Below the pieces are notes generated by a model that saw only the letters and a list, made by a program, of their open reading frames with translations, was not told where the DNA came from and made no database searches. From Selenomonadaceae bacterium (GTDB lineage: Bacteria > Bacillota > Negativicutes > Selenomonadales > Selenomonadaceae), in contig JAFVEM010000046.1 in NCBI GenBank assembly GCA_017476005.1, positions 16,000 through 79,999 of the forward strand: 64,000 bases of DNA, given 5' to 3'. The position numbers were made by a program, and so were the translations under genes. Below, one piece after another: positions 35,872 through 45,991 of the stretch (positions are counted from its first letter, which is position 1; every line of letters starts with the position of its first letter).

Positions 35872-38800
35872 ATGCGAAAGTACCGTATAGTTCCCCAAAA
35901 AGAAAACATGTTTTGGCAACTGGTGCAGGGCATGGATTTAGCCGGGGAGGAGCGGAGGCTCTTAAAGAACGCCGCCATCACCCATGTGGAGGTAACCCCC
36001 AAAACAAACCGCTGGGAGGTACTATTGCAGACCCAGGAACTTATCGGCGAGGAATTACTGACTCGCGCCGCCGGTCATATCAGGACTAAATGCGCCTTGA
36101 GCGAGGTGCTGTTTTATCAGCAGGTGGCGGACGTAGAGGCGGCGGTGGCTAAAAATTGGGCGAAGCTGGCCAAAGAAGTGGCGGATGGAAATCAAATCGT
36201 TTACTTCAGTCTGCGTCGTATGAAACCAATTGTGGAGGGTAGCCGCTTAAAACTTACCGTGGGCGGCGAGTTCAGCGGCGAAATTCTCACCAACTACGGC
36301 ATCCCGGCTTTGCTACGCAAGACCGTGAAAAAAATGCTGGGCTTTAACTGCGACGTGGAAATTGTCAGGGATTTTGTGACCTCCCCCTCCGATTTCGGCT
36401 ATGACGAGGAGCTTGCCGAACGAAATATCCCCGTATATGCCCCTCCCGTCAGTCTCAAGGAATATCAACAAGCCGTAGCGGCAGAGAAAAGCGCCGCGCC
36501 GCCTCCCCCCACTTCCCAGCCAAGCGCGCCCACGCCGCATAGCGCCCCCTTACCGACTCTCCCCGGCGCCGACGGGTTGCTTCTGGGCAAGATCTTCGGC
36601 GGCGAGGCGGTGAAAATCGAAACCATCACCGAGGAAATGAAAAACGTCGTTATCGAGGGTTTTATCGGAGACGGCGCCATGTGCGGCGTGCGCACCAATG
36701 AGTTCAAGACCGGCACGAAGCTTTTGACCTTTGCCGTGGCCGATGACACCAACGGCATCGGTTGCAAGAAATTCTTTAAGGACAAGGAAAAGGAAGAGTT
36801 CGAACGGGTAACCGGCCTTTTAAAACCCGGTATGGAAGTGCGGCTGAAAGGCTCCGTTAAATTCGACACCTACCAGAACGAATATATGTTCTTCGTAGAT
36901 AGCATCGCCCAAAAGAAGGGACAAAAACGGGAGGACAAGGCCGCCGAGAAGCGCACGGAACTCCACGCCCACACCACCATGAGCAACATGGACGGGGTGG
37001 TGTCGGTGAAAAACCTCATCAAGACTGCCGCCCGTTGGGGGCATAAGGCCATTGCCATAACGGATCACGGCGTGGTACAAGCCTTTCCCGATGCCGCCAA
37101 AGCGGTGCATGACGGTAAGCTGGACATTAAAATAATTTACGGCATGGAAGGGTACTTGGTGGGGGAGGATTATGAGCAGAAAAGAGCCAACCACATTATA
37201 TTGCTGGCGAAAAATCCCCAAGGACTGCAACATCTCTACCAACTGGTTTCCCTTTCCCACTTGAAATACCTCCACCGGCAGCCCCGGATTCCCAAGGCGC
37301 TCCTCGCCGAATACCGAGAGGGCTTAATCATCGGTTCCGCCTGCGAGGCCGGGGAGCTTATCCGCGCCATCGTGGAGGGCAGGAGCGAGGAGGAACTCTT
37401 AGAAATCGCCGCCTTCTATGATTATTTGGAAATACAGCCCATCGGCAACAACGAGTTTTTGAAACGTAGCGACAATTTCCCTGACGTGCAAACGGACGAT
37501 GATTTGCGCAACATAAATCTAAAGGTGGCCGCCCTCGCCAAAAAGCTGGGCAAAATGCTCATTGCCACCGGGGACGTGCATTTTTTGAATCCCGAAGACG
37601 CCATTTACCGCGCCATTCTCATGAAAGGAAAGGGCTACGAGGACGCGGAAATGCAAGCCCCGTTGTTTTTGCGTACCACGGAGGAAATGCTGCAGGAATT
37701 TGCCTATCTGGGAGAGGAGGAGGCTTACGCCGCCGTCGTCACCAATCCCGGCCAAATCAGCGATATGGTGGAAGTCTTAAAACCCATCCCTGACGATTTG
37801 TATTCCCCCATGATACCGGGGGCGGACGAAGAAATCAGAGAAATGTCTTACCACCGCGCCAAGGAACTTTACGGCGAAAACTTGCCGAAGGTGGTAGAAG
37901 ACAGATTAGAGCAGGAATTAAAACCCATTATCGGCCACGGTTTTTCCGTGCTGTATCTCATTTCCCAGCGGTTGGTGAAAAAATCCAACGACGACGGCTA
38001 TCTCGTAGGTTCCCGTGGGTCGGTGGGGTCTTCCTTTATCGCCACCATGACGGGCATCACCGAGGTAAATCCTCTGCCGCCTCACTGGCGCTGTCCTCAT
38101 TGTCAGTATTCCAAGTTCATTGAAGACGGCTCCTACGGTTGCGGCTATGACCTGCCGGACAGGGAATGTCCCGTGTGCGGCACAGCGCTTATAAAGGACG
38201 GCCATGATATTCCCTTCGCGGTGTTCTTGGGCTTCGACGGCGATAAGGTGCCGGATATTGACCTGAATTTCTCCGGCGAATACCAACCGCAGGCGCATAA
38301 ATATACGGAGGTGTTGTTCGGCAAAGACAACGTGTATCGCGCCGGCACCATCGCCACGGTGGCGGATAAAACCGCCTTTGGCTATGTTTTAAAATTCTAC
38401 GAGGAAAAGGGCATCAAAAAACATCGCGCTTTCATCGAGCGGATGGCGCAAGGGTGCATGGGAGTGAAGCGCACCACGGGGCAACATCCGGCTGGCATTA
38501 TGGTTGTGCCGCGAAACATGGATATACACTTCTTTACGCCGATTCAACGACCCGCCGACGACAAGACCACCACTACCATCACCACTCATTTCGATTATCA
38601 GTCCATCAGCAGTCGCTTGGTGAAACTGGATATTCTGGGACACGATGACCCCACGGTGATAAAAATGCTGGAAGACCTCACCCATCGGGATCCCAAAACC
38701 ATTCCCTTCGACGATAAAGCCACCCTTTCCATTTTTTCTTCCACCGAGGCTTTAGGAGTTACCCCGGAGGAACTGGGAGCTAACTCTGGCACCTTCGGTA

Positions 38801-39684
38801 TCCCGGAATTTCGCACGGGCTTCACCAGACAAATGATCGATGATACTCACCCCAACTGTTTCAGCGACCTCGTGCGTATTTCCGGCTTTTCTCACGGTAC
38901 CGACGTGTGGCTGGGCAACGCTCAGGAACTCATTCGCGCCGGAACCTGTACCCTGAAGGACGCAATTTCCGCTCGGGACGACATCATGATGTACCTTATT
39001 CACCACGGCATTGATCCTTTGCTCTCCTTCAAAACCATGGAGGGAGTGCGTAAAGGCAAGGGCATCAAACCGGAAGTGGTGGAAATTCTTAGACAAGGCA
39101 ACGTGCCGGAATGGTACATCGAGTCCTGCCAAAAAATAAAATATCTGTTCCCCAGAGCTCACGCCACGGCCTATGTCATGATGGCTTACCGCATCGCTTT
39201 CTGCAAGGTGCATTACCCCCTAGCCTTCTACGCCGCCTATTTTTCCATTCGCGCTGCGGAATTTGATGCCAACGTGGTAGCCCGAGGCAAAGACTATGTG
39301 GGAGAGCAAATTAAGCTCCTAGAAGCCAAGGCCAAGGAGAAAAAGCTGGATGTAAAGGACAGCGGCACCCTTATCGTGTTGCAACTGGCTTGGGAAATGT
39401 ATCTCCGGGGTTTTAAAGTGGAATACGTGGATTTGTATAAATCCGACGCGGAAAAATTCATCATTTTGGAGGATTCGCTCTTGCCCCCCTTGGCCTCGTT
39501 GGCCGGTATGGGAAACGTAGCGTCCCGAAATATTGTGGAAGCTAGGCAAGCCGGCTACTTTACCTCGGTGGATGACCTCCACAAACGCTCCGGCATTTCC
39601 AAAACCTGCGTGGAGATTCTCCGAGAACACGGCTGCCTCGACGGCATGAGCGAAAGCGATCAAATGGCTTTGTTCGGTGGGTAA
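35872..39684 (+). CDS. polC: PolC-type DNA polymerase III alpha subunit lacking the 3'-5' exonuclease insert
   Basis: Present: the PolC N-domain, OB region, PHP motifs (ELHAHTTMSNMDG, ITDHGVVQAFPDA), the PolC zinc module (HWRCPHCQY...CPVCG) and the polymerase core. The PHP halves join directly at ...IIYGMEGYLVGEDYEQKRANHIILLAKNPQGL... with no DEDD exonuclease domain. About 1270 aa. Confidence 0.85.
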   Translation: MRKYRIVPQKENMFWQLVQGMDLAGEERRLLKNAAITHVEVTPKTNRWEVLLQTQELIGEELLTRAAGHIRTKCALSEVLFYQQVADVEAAVAKNWAKLAKEVADGNQIVYFSLRRMKPIVEGSRLKLTVGGEFSGEILTNYGIPALLRKTVKKMLGFNCDVEIVRDFVTSPSDFGYDEELAERNIPVYAPPVSLKEYQQAVAAEKSAAPPPPTSQPSAPTPHSAPLPTLPGADGLLLGKIFGGEAVKIETITEEMKNVVIEGFIGDGAMCGVRTNEFKTGTKLLTFAVADDTNGIGCKKFFKDKEKEEFERVTGLLKPGMEVRLKGSVKFDTYQNEYMFFVDSIAQKKGQKREDKAAEKRTELHAHTTMSNMDGVVSVKNLIKTAARWGHKAIAITDHGVVQAFPDAAKAVHDGKLDIKIIYGMEGYLVGEDYEQKRANHIILLAKNPQGLQHLYQLVSLSHLKYLHRQPRIPKALLAEYREGLIIGSACEAGELIRAIVEGRSEEELLEIAAFYDYLEIQPIGNNEFLKRSDNFPDVQTDDDLRNINLKVAALAKKLGKMLIATGDVHFLNPEDAIYRAILMKGKGYEDAEMQAPLFLRTTEEMLQEFAYLGEEEAYAAVVTNPGQISDMVEVLKPIPDDLYSPMIPGADEEIREMSYHRAKELYGENLPKVVEDRLEQELKPIIGHGFSVLYLISQRLVKKSNDDGYLVGSRGSVGSSFIATMTGITEVNPLPPHWRCPHCQYSKFIEDGSYGCGYDLPDRECPVCGTALIKDGHDIPFAVFLGFDGDKVPDIDLNFSGEYQPQAHKYTEVLFGKDNVYRAGTIATVADKTAFGYVLKFYEEKGIKKHRAFIERMAQGCMGVKRTTGQHPAGIMVVPRNMDIHFFTPIQRPADDKTTTTITTHFDYQSISSRLVKLDILGHDDPTVIKMLEDLTHRDPKTIPFDDKATLSIFSSTEALGVTPEELGANSGTFGIPEFRTGFTRQMIDDTHPNCFSDLVRISGFSHGTDVWLGNAQELIRAGTCTLKDAISARDDIMMYLIHHGIDPLLSFKTMEGVRKGKGIKPEVVEILRQGNVPEWYIESCQKIKYLFPRAHATAYVMMAYRIAFCKVHYPLAFYAAYFSIRAAEFDANVVARGKDYVGEQIKLLEAKAKEKKLDVKDSGTLIVLQLAWEMYLRGFKVEYVDLYKSDAEKFIILEDSLLPPLASLAGMGNVASRNIVEARQAGYFTSVDDLHKRSGISKTCVEILREHGCLDGMSESDQMALFGG

Positions 39685-39695
39685 CGGGGGAAAAT

Positions 39696-40253
39696 ATGCG
39701 TTTAGTAATCGGAATTTCCGGCGCCAGCGGCGTTATCATGGGCTACGAACTGCTCAAAGTTTTGCGCGCCACCCCGGAGGTAGAAACTCATCTGGTCATA
39801 ACGGAGGGTGCCAAAAAAACTTTTTCGCTGGAAACCGGCATCTCACCGACGCAGGCGGAGGCGCTGGCGGATTTTGCCTACGACAGCGCCGACTTTGCCG
39901 CGCCCATCGCCAGCGGTTCCTTTTTAACCGCCGGTATGGTAGTAATGCCCTGTAGTATGAAAACTTTAGCTGGGATAACCGTGGGTTACGCGGAAAATTT
40001 GCTGCTCAGAGCGGCGGACGTGACTTTAAAAGAGGGGAGACCCCTAGTCTTGGTGCCTAGGGAAACGCCTCTTTCCAAATTGCACCTGCGAAATCTTAAA
40101 GAAGCGGCAGACCTAGGCGCCACCATTCTCCCCCCCATGCTGACTTTTTATAACGGTGCCGACACGGTGGAAAAACAAATCAATCACCTGCTGGGCAAAA
40201 CTCTGCGTCTTTTGGGGCTAGACATGCCCGGATTTAAATCTTGGGGCGAGTAA
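39696..40253 (+). CDS. ubiX: UbiX-type flavin prenyltransferase
   Basis: MRLVIGISGASGVIMG...MVVMPCSMKTLAGI...LVLVPRETPL; 185 aa. Confidence 0.9.
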   Translation: MRLVIGISGASGVIMGYELLKVLRATPEVETHLVITEGAKKTFSLETGISPTQAEALADFAYDSADFAAPIASGSFLTAGMVVMPCSMKTLAGITVGYAENLLLRAADVTLKEGRPLVLVPRETPLSKLHLRNLKEAADLGATILPPMLTFYNGADTVEKQINHLLGKTLRLLGLDMPGFKSWGE

Positions 40254-40369
40254 GTAAAATTTGCTTTTTGCTTGCCATGGCGGTCGTATTTGAGTAAAAT
40301 AAACAAATATGAAAGACATCTGAAAAGACAGCTGGAAAGGAAAATATTTAATCTCGGGTGGTGTATTGC

Positions 40370-43300
40370 ATGGATTCAAAGTGGAACGTGGGCATAGACA
40401 TAGGCTCAACCACCATTAAATTGGTGGTCATGGACAAGGCGAAAAATCTTGTCCACCAAAGCTATGCTCGCCACTTTTCCGAAATTGGTCGAGCTTTGCG
40501 GGAAAATTTGACCACCCTCAAAAACATCGTGGGGGGACAGAAATTTTCTTTTGCTTTGACGGGTTCTGCCGGAATGGGAGTTGCCAGCCGCTTGCGTCTG
40601 CCCTTTGTGCAGGAGGTCATGGCTTCCGCCGCCGCGGTGAAAGCCTTTATTCCCCAGACCGATACGGTGGTGGAACTGGGGGGAGAGGATGCCAAGATAA
40701 CTTACTTGGGGGACGCCCCGGAACAACGGATGAACGGCGTGTGCGCCGGAGGTACCGGCTCTTTTATCGACCACATGGCGGCTCTCCTTGCGACCGACGC
40801 TCCGGGTCTCAATGCGCTGGCGGCCAAGGGCAAACAAATTTATACCATCGCTTCCCGGTGCGGCGTTTTTGCCAAGACGGATATTCAAGCCTTGATGAAC
40901 GACGGCGCGGCCAAAGCCGACATCGCCCTGTCCATTTTTCAAGCGGTGGTAAATCAAACCATCGGCAATTTGGCGCAGGGACGCCCTATCAGCGGCAAAG
41001 TAGCTTTCTTAGGCGGCCCTTTGCATTTTCTGCCGGAGCTGAAGAAGCGTTTTATCGCCACCTTAGGGCTGACCGAGGAAAACGTGGTGCAGGTCAAGAA
41101 CGGCAATTTCTTCGTGGCCATGGGGGCGGCGCTGTCAGACGAAGCGGAGCTTATGGACGAAAAACGTCTCGACCAAAGTCTGAACGCCGCTAATGAGGAA
41201 AATCGCCGGGAAAGCAAGCCGGAGTTGGTTCTTTTTGCCGACGAAAACGAATACGCCGCTTTTAAAATCCGTCACGACCAGCATAAAGTGCCGCGAGGCG
41301 AGCTAAAAACTTATCGCGGCGCGGTGTATCTGGGCATTGATGCCGGTTCCACCACCACTAAAATCGCCGCCATCGGCGAACATAAAGAACTCTTATACAC
41401 TTCTTACGGCAGCAACCACGGTTCGCCCTTAAAAACCGTGGTAAGAGAGCTGACGGAGTTTTATCGCGTCCTGCCGCACGCAGCGCATCTAGCCGCCGTT
41501 TATACCACCGGTTACGGCGAAGCCATCGTGAAGGCGGCGCTCCATGCCGACGGCTCGGAGGTAGAAACCTTTGCCCATCTCAGGGCGGCGCAGGAATTTT
41601 GCCCCGAGGTCTCTTTTGTCATGGACATCGGCGGTCAAGACATGAAATGCTTCTTTGTGCAAGAGGGCAGCATTGGCAACATCACCTTGAATGAGGCGTG
41701 TTCCGCCGGATGCGGCTCCTTTATCGAAAATTTTGCCCAAGGTCTGCATCTCACCGCCGGAGAATTTGCGAGGCTCGCCGTGAGCGCCACAGCGCCGGTG
41801 GATTTAGGCACTCGTTGCACCGTGTTCATGAACTCCAAGGTGAAACAGGCGCAAAAAGAAGGGGCGGAAGTAGCGGATATTTCGGCTGGCATCGCTGTTT
41901 CCGTGGTGAAAAACGCCCTCTTCAAGGTCATGCAACTAAAAGACGTGGCCGAGCTGGGAGAACATATTGTAGTCCAAGGCGGCACCTTTTATAACGACGC
42001 AGTACTGCGCGCCATGGAAAAAATTCTCGGCAGGGAGGTAATTCGCCCGGACATAGCCGGTCTGATGGGCGCTTACGGCGCGGCGATTTTGGCCTGCGAG
42101 TCGGGAGCTTACGCATCAGGCTTGCTGTCGGCGGAGAAGCTGGCGGATTTTGCCGTGAAAACCGATTCATATCGCTGTAAGGGTTGCGGCAACTCTTGCC
42201 TCATTACTAGGCAAGAGTTTTCCGACGGGGGCAAATATTTTACCGGGAATCGATGCGAGCGAGGTATCGGCGGCAAAAAAACGCAGGATAACGCCACTAA
42301 CATTTACGCTTACAAGTATGAGCGGCTCTTTGTTCCCTACAAGCCGCTGGAAAATCCCCGGCGAGGGGTAATCGGCATTCCGCGTACGCTGAATATGTAC
42401 GAGGAATATCCCTTTTGGTTCACTTTCTTTAACGAGCTGGGCTATAGAGTGGAAATTTCCGGCAAATCCACGGCCAAAATGTACTGCAAGGGCATGGCCA
42501 CCGTGCCGTCGGATTCCCTTTGCTATCCGGCGAAACTCGCCCACGGGCATATCATGGATTTGGTGGAGCGTGGGATTAAGAAGATTTTCTACCCCTGCGA
42601 GCCTTATAACATGGTTGATGAAGCTCATAAAAACGCCAATCATTTCAATTGTCCCGTGGTGGCCTCCTACGCCGAAAACATTCGGGGCAACATGGACATT
42701 TTAAGAGAAAAAAATATAACCTTTATCCAGCCATTCCTCCCCATTAACGACCCTAAACGGCTGACGGAACGTCTCGTCGAAGAACTCACGGGCGAGAATC
42801 TCACCAAAAAAGAAATCGCCGCCGCCGTAGATAGAGCTTACGCGGAACTGGCGCATTATCGGGCAGACGTGCGCCGCTACGGCGAGAAGCTACTGGCGGA
42901 GCTCAATAAAGCCAACGCTCCGGCCATAATGCTGGTGGGACGGCCTTATCACATCGACCCGGAAATAAACCACGGCATCCCGGAAATGATTGCTTCCTAC
43001 GGACTGCCCATTATTTCCGAAGATGCGGTATATCATCTGCCGGTAAAAAATTACCCCTTGCAAGTGGTGAACCAGTGGAGCTATCACGCTAGGCTTTATC
43101 ATGCCGCCGAATTTGTAGCCGCCCACCCGAACATTACCCTCATTCAACTCAGCTCCTTCGGTTGCGGCCTTGACGCTATCACCACCGGGCAGGTCAAGGA
43201 AATTTTGGAATCCCGGCGGCGCATTTACACCATGATTAAATTGGACGAGGTGTCGAATTTAGGCGCGGCGCGGATTCGTTTGCGGTCTTTGCTGGCGGCG

Positions 43301-44620
43301 CTGAAAAGGCGGCAGGAAATCCCCTACCGCCCGATGGTAGCGGTAGAGCGGCCTCATTTCACCGAGGACTGCAAGGCTACCCACACGGTTTTGGTGCCGC
43401 AAATGGCGCCCATTCATTTTGAGCTTTTAAAAACCGCTATTGAAAAGTACGGCTACGTTTTGGCTATTCCTCCCATGCCGGACAAAGCGGCCATCGACCT
43501 AGGACTGCGCTATGTGAACAACGATATGTGTTACCCGGCCATAGTGGTCATCGGGCAACTGATTGCCGCCTTGCGTTCGGGAAAATACGACGTAAACCAC
43601 ACGTCCATCATGCTCTTTCAGACCTGCGGCGCCTGTCGCGCCACCAATTATTTGGGGGTACTGAGGCAAGCCTTAAAATACGCCGGTTACGGTCAGGTGC
43701 CGGTCTTTGCTTGCCGGGGACTGCCGGAGGAGACAGACTCCTTTAAATTAAATCCCTCCATGTTGGCGGATGTCATTAAAGCCGCCGTCTATGGGGATCT
43801 GTTGATGAACGTCAAAAATCGGATGCTCCCTTACGAAACAATACGCGGCGAAACTCAGCGGCTATTTGACAAGTGGCTGGAAAAGAGCAAGGCCGAATTG
43901 CAAGATGGCAATTACTTTAAATTCCGCCGCAACATTAAACAAGCGGTGCGAGAATTTGATAATTTACCCATCGACGATACCCGGTGGAAACCGAAAGTGG
44001 GGGTGGTGGGAGAAATTTTGGTGAAATATCATCCGGTAGCCAACAACCGCTTGGAAGAAGTGTTGCTGAAGGAAGGCGCCGAGGTGGTGATGCCGGATTT
44101 CGTTGATTTCTTCCTCTATGCGGCTTACGATGCCGTAGCCGGTCATCGACTTTTGGCCGGTTCCCTGAAGGACAAACTTTTCGCCAAAATGTTTATCCGC
44201 TTCATGGAATTTTTCCGCGCCCCCATGCGGCACGCCTTGACAGCCAGCCGCCATTTTCGGTCGCCTCAAGACATCGCCGCCACAGCCAAAATGGCCGAGC
44301 GGCATGTGAGTCTGGGGAATATGGCCGGCGAGGGCTGGTTCCTCACCGGGGAAATGGTGAAGCTCATCGAAGAAGGAGTTCCCAATGTGGTGTGCTTGCA
44401 GCCCTTCGGGTGTTTGCCCAATCACATCACCGGCAAAGGCGTTATGCACGAGTTGCGCGCCCACTATCATCAGGCCAACATCGTGGCCATTGACTGCGAT
44501 GCCGGTTCCAGCGAAGTTAATCAGCTGAATCGCATCAAACTTATGTTGGCGGTGGCTAAAGATAAGCAACCGGCAGAGGCAGAAGGGGAGGCCAGCTATG
44601 GCAGAGTACAAACCTTATAA
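40370..44620 (+). CDS. fusion of two BcrAD/BadFG/HgdC-type ATPase (activase) domains with 2-hydroxyacyl-CoA-dehydratase-like domains
   Basis: Acetate/sugar-kinase-fold starts occur twice (VGIDIGSTTIKLVV and LGIDAGSTTTKIAA), followed by Cys-rich dehydratase-like C-terminal halves. ATG 40370 follows GGGTGG by 8 nt. Confidence 0.75.
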   Translation: MDSKWNVGIDIGSTTIKLVVMDKAKNLVHQSYARHFSEIGRALRENLTTLKNIVGGQKFSFALTGSAGMGVASRLRLPFVQEVMASAAAVKAFIPQTDTVVELGGEDAKITYLGDAPEQRMNGVCAGGTGSFIDHMAALLATDAPGLNALAAKGKQIYTIASRCGVFAKTDIQALMNDGAAKADIALSIFQAVVNQTIGNLAQGRPISGKVAFLGGPLHFLPELKKRFIATLGLTEENVVQVKNGNFFVAMGAALSDEAELMDEKRLDQSLNAANEENRRESKPELVLFADENEYAAFKIRHDQHKVPRGELKTYRGAVYLGIDAGSTTTKIAAIGEHKELLYTSYGSNHGSPLKTVVRELTEFYRVLPHAAHLAAVYTTGYGEAIVKAALHADGSEVETFAHLRAAQEFCPEVSFVMDIGGQDMKCFFVQEGSIGNITLNEACSAGCGSFIENFAQGLHLTAGEFARLAVSATAPVDLGTRCTVFMNSKVKQAQKEGAEVADISAGIAVSVVKNALFKVMQLKDVAELGEHIVVQGGTFYNDAVLRAMEKILGREVIRPDIAGLMGAYGAAILACESGAYASGLLSAEKLADFAVKTDSYRCKGCGNSCLITRQEFSDGGKYFTGNRCERGIGGKKTQDNATNIYAYKYERLFVPYKPLENPRRGVIGIPRTLNMYEEYPFWFTFFNELGYRVEISGKSTAKMYCKGMATVPSDSLCYPAKLAHGHIMDLVERGIKKIFYPCEPYNMVDEAHKNANHFNCPVVASYAENIRGNMDILREKNITFIQPFLPINDPKRLTERLVEELTGENLTKKEIAAAVDRAYAELAHYRADVRRYGEKLLAELNKANAPAIMLVGRPYHIDPEINHGIPEMIASYGLPIISEDAVYHLPVKNYPLQVVNQWSYHARLYHAAEFVAAHPNITLIQLSSFGCGLDAITTGQVKEILESRRRIYTMIKLDEVSNLGAARIRLRSLLAALKRRQEIPYRPMVAVERPHFTEDCKATHTVLVPQMAPIHFELLKTAIEKYGYVLAIPPMPDKAAIDLGLRYVNNDMCYPAIVVIGQLIAALRSGKYDVNHTSIMLFQTCGACRATNYLGVLRQALKYAGYGQVPVFACRGLPEETDSFKLNPSMLADVIKAAVYGDLLMNVKNRMLPYETIRGETQRLFDKWLEKSKAELQDGNYFKFRRNIKQAVREFDNLPIDDTRWKPKVGVVGEILVKYHPVANNRLEEVLLKEGAEVVMPDFVDFFLYAAYDAVAGHRLLAGSLKDKLFAKMFIRFMEFFRAPMRHALTASRHFRSPQDIAATAKMAERHVSLGNMAGEGWFLTGEMVKLIEEGVPNVVCLQPFGCLPNHITGKGVMHELRAHYHQANIVAIDCDAGSSEVNQLNRIKLMLAVAKDKQPAEAEGEASYGRVQTL

Positions 44621-45458
44621 GTCGGGCAAGGTGCGGGAAGTTTACGATTTAGGCGATCACCTCATCATGGTCGCCACGGATAGAATTTCCGCCTTCGACC
44701 ACATTCTCAAAAATAAAGTGACTGGCAAAGGCGTTATCCTCACCAAAATGTCCGAGTTTTGGTTTAACCTCACGGCGGATATTTTGCCCAATCACCTCTT
44801 AACCACGGACAACGACGCTATGCCGGAGTTTTTCCGGCAGGAAGAATTTTTAGGACGCAGCACGAAATGCCGCAAGCTCCGAATGCTCCCATTAGAATGC
44901 ATTGTCCGGGGTTACATCACCGGCAGCGGCTGGGAAAGCTACCGACAAGACGGCACGATCTGCGGTATCAAACTCCCCCCGGGGCTGAAGGAAGCGGAAA
45001 AACTTACCAACCCCATCTTCACCCCCAGCACCAAAGCTGAACTGGGCGACCACGACGAAAATGTTTCCCTAACGGAGGCGGCCAGAGCAATAGAAAAATC
45101 TTTTCCCGGCAAGGGCGAAGAATACGCCGCTAAAGCTTGCGACTACTCCCTGCGCGTCTATGAAAAATGCGCCGCCTACGCCAAAGAGCGCGGTATCATC
45201 ATCGCCGACACCAAATTCGAGTTTGGGGTAGATGACGAGGGACAAATCCGTTTGGCCGACGAGGTACTCACCCCGGACAGCTCGCGTTTTTGGCCGCTCG
45301 CCGGTTATACCCCCGGCCAAAGCCAACCTTCCTACGATAAACAATTTGTTCGCGACTGGCTGAAAGCCAATCCTACCAGCGACTACGCCTTGCCCCAAGA
45401 CATTATCGACAAAACCATCGCGAAATACCAAGAGGCTTACGATTTGCTGACGCGTTAG
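44598..45458 (+). CDS. purC: SAICAR synthetase
   Basis: YKSGKVREVYDLGDHLIMVATDRISAFD. Its start overlaps the end of the preceding gene by 23 nt. Confidence 0.9.
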   Translation: MAEYKPYKSGKVREVYDLGDHLIMVATDRISAFDHILKNKVTGKGVILTKMSEFWFNLTADILPNHLLTTDNDAMPEFFRQEEFLGRSTKCRKLRMLPLECIVRGYITGSGWESYRQDGTICGIKLPPGLKEAEKLTNPIFTPSTKAELGDHDENVSLTEAARAIEKSFPGKGEEYAAKACDYSLRVYEKCAAYAKERGIIIADTKFEFGVDDEGQIRLADEVLTPDSSRFWPLAGYTPGQSQPSYDKQFVRDWLKANPTSDYALPQDIIDKTIAKYQEAYDLLTR

Positions 45459-45476
45459 ACAAAAAAGGAGAAAGCC

Positions 45477-45965
45477 ATGAAAGTTGCAGTGATGATGGGG
45501 AGCGATTCGGACTGGCCGATTATTAAGCCGGCCACGGAACTTTTGAAAGAATTTGGGATAGAGGCGCAAATAATCGTAGCTTCGGCGCACCGCACGCCGG
45601 AAAAAGTCCGGGATATTGCGCTGAACTCAGGTCAAGACGGCATCGACCTCTTTATTGTGGCGGCCGGAGCGGCGGCGCATTTGGCCGGAGTGGTGGCAAG
45701 CTATACCGTGAAGCCCGTTATCGGCGTACCCATAAATGCCACCCCTTTAAACGGCATGGACGCGCTTCTCAGTACGGTGCAGATGCCTTCCGGGGTTCCC
45801 GTGGCCACCATGGCAGTGAACGGCGCCAAAAATGCGGCGGTGATGGCGGCGGAAATCCTCGCGGTAGGCAGTCCCGACCTGCGAGAGAAACTGGCGGCTT
45901 ATCGCGAGAAGTTAAAAGTCGCCGTGGAGAAAAAAGCCGCTCGGGTGGCGGCGCAACAGCTGTAA
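45477..45965 (+). CDS. purE: PurE (N5-CAIR mutase / AIR carboxylase family)
   Basis: VAVMMGSDSDWPI...SAHRTPEK...AGAAAHLAGVVAS. Confidence 0.9.
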   Translation: MKVAVMMGSDSDWPIIKPATELLKEFGIEAQIIVASAHRTPEKVRDIALNSGQDGIDLFIVAAGAAAHLAGVVASYTVKPVIGVPINATPLNGMDALLSTVQMPSGVPVATMAVNGAKNAAVMAAEILAVGSPDLREKLAAYREKLKVAVEKKAARVAAQQL

Positions 45966-45991
45966 CAGCCTTGAAGAGAAACGAGCGATAT

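Noticed and set aside
40254-40369. Purine or ZTP riboswitch, or a PurR box, ahead of the activase-pur block
   Set aside because: No three-way-junction purine aptamer sequence and no ZTP pseudoknot motif are visible. The region is short and AT-rich.
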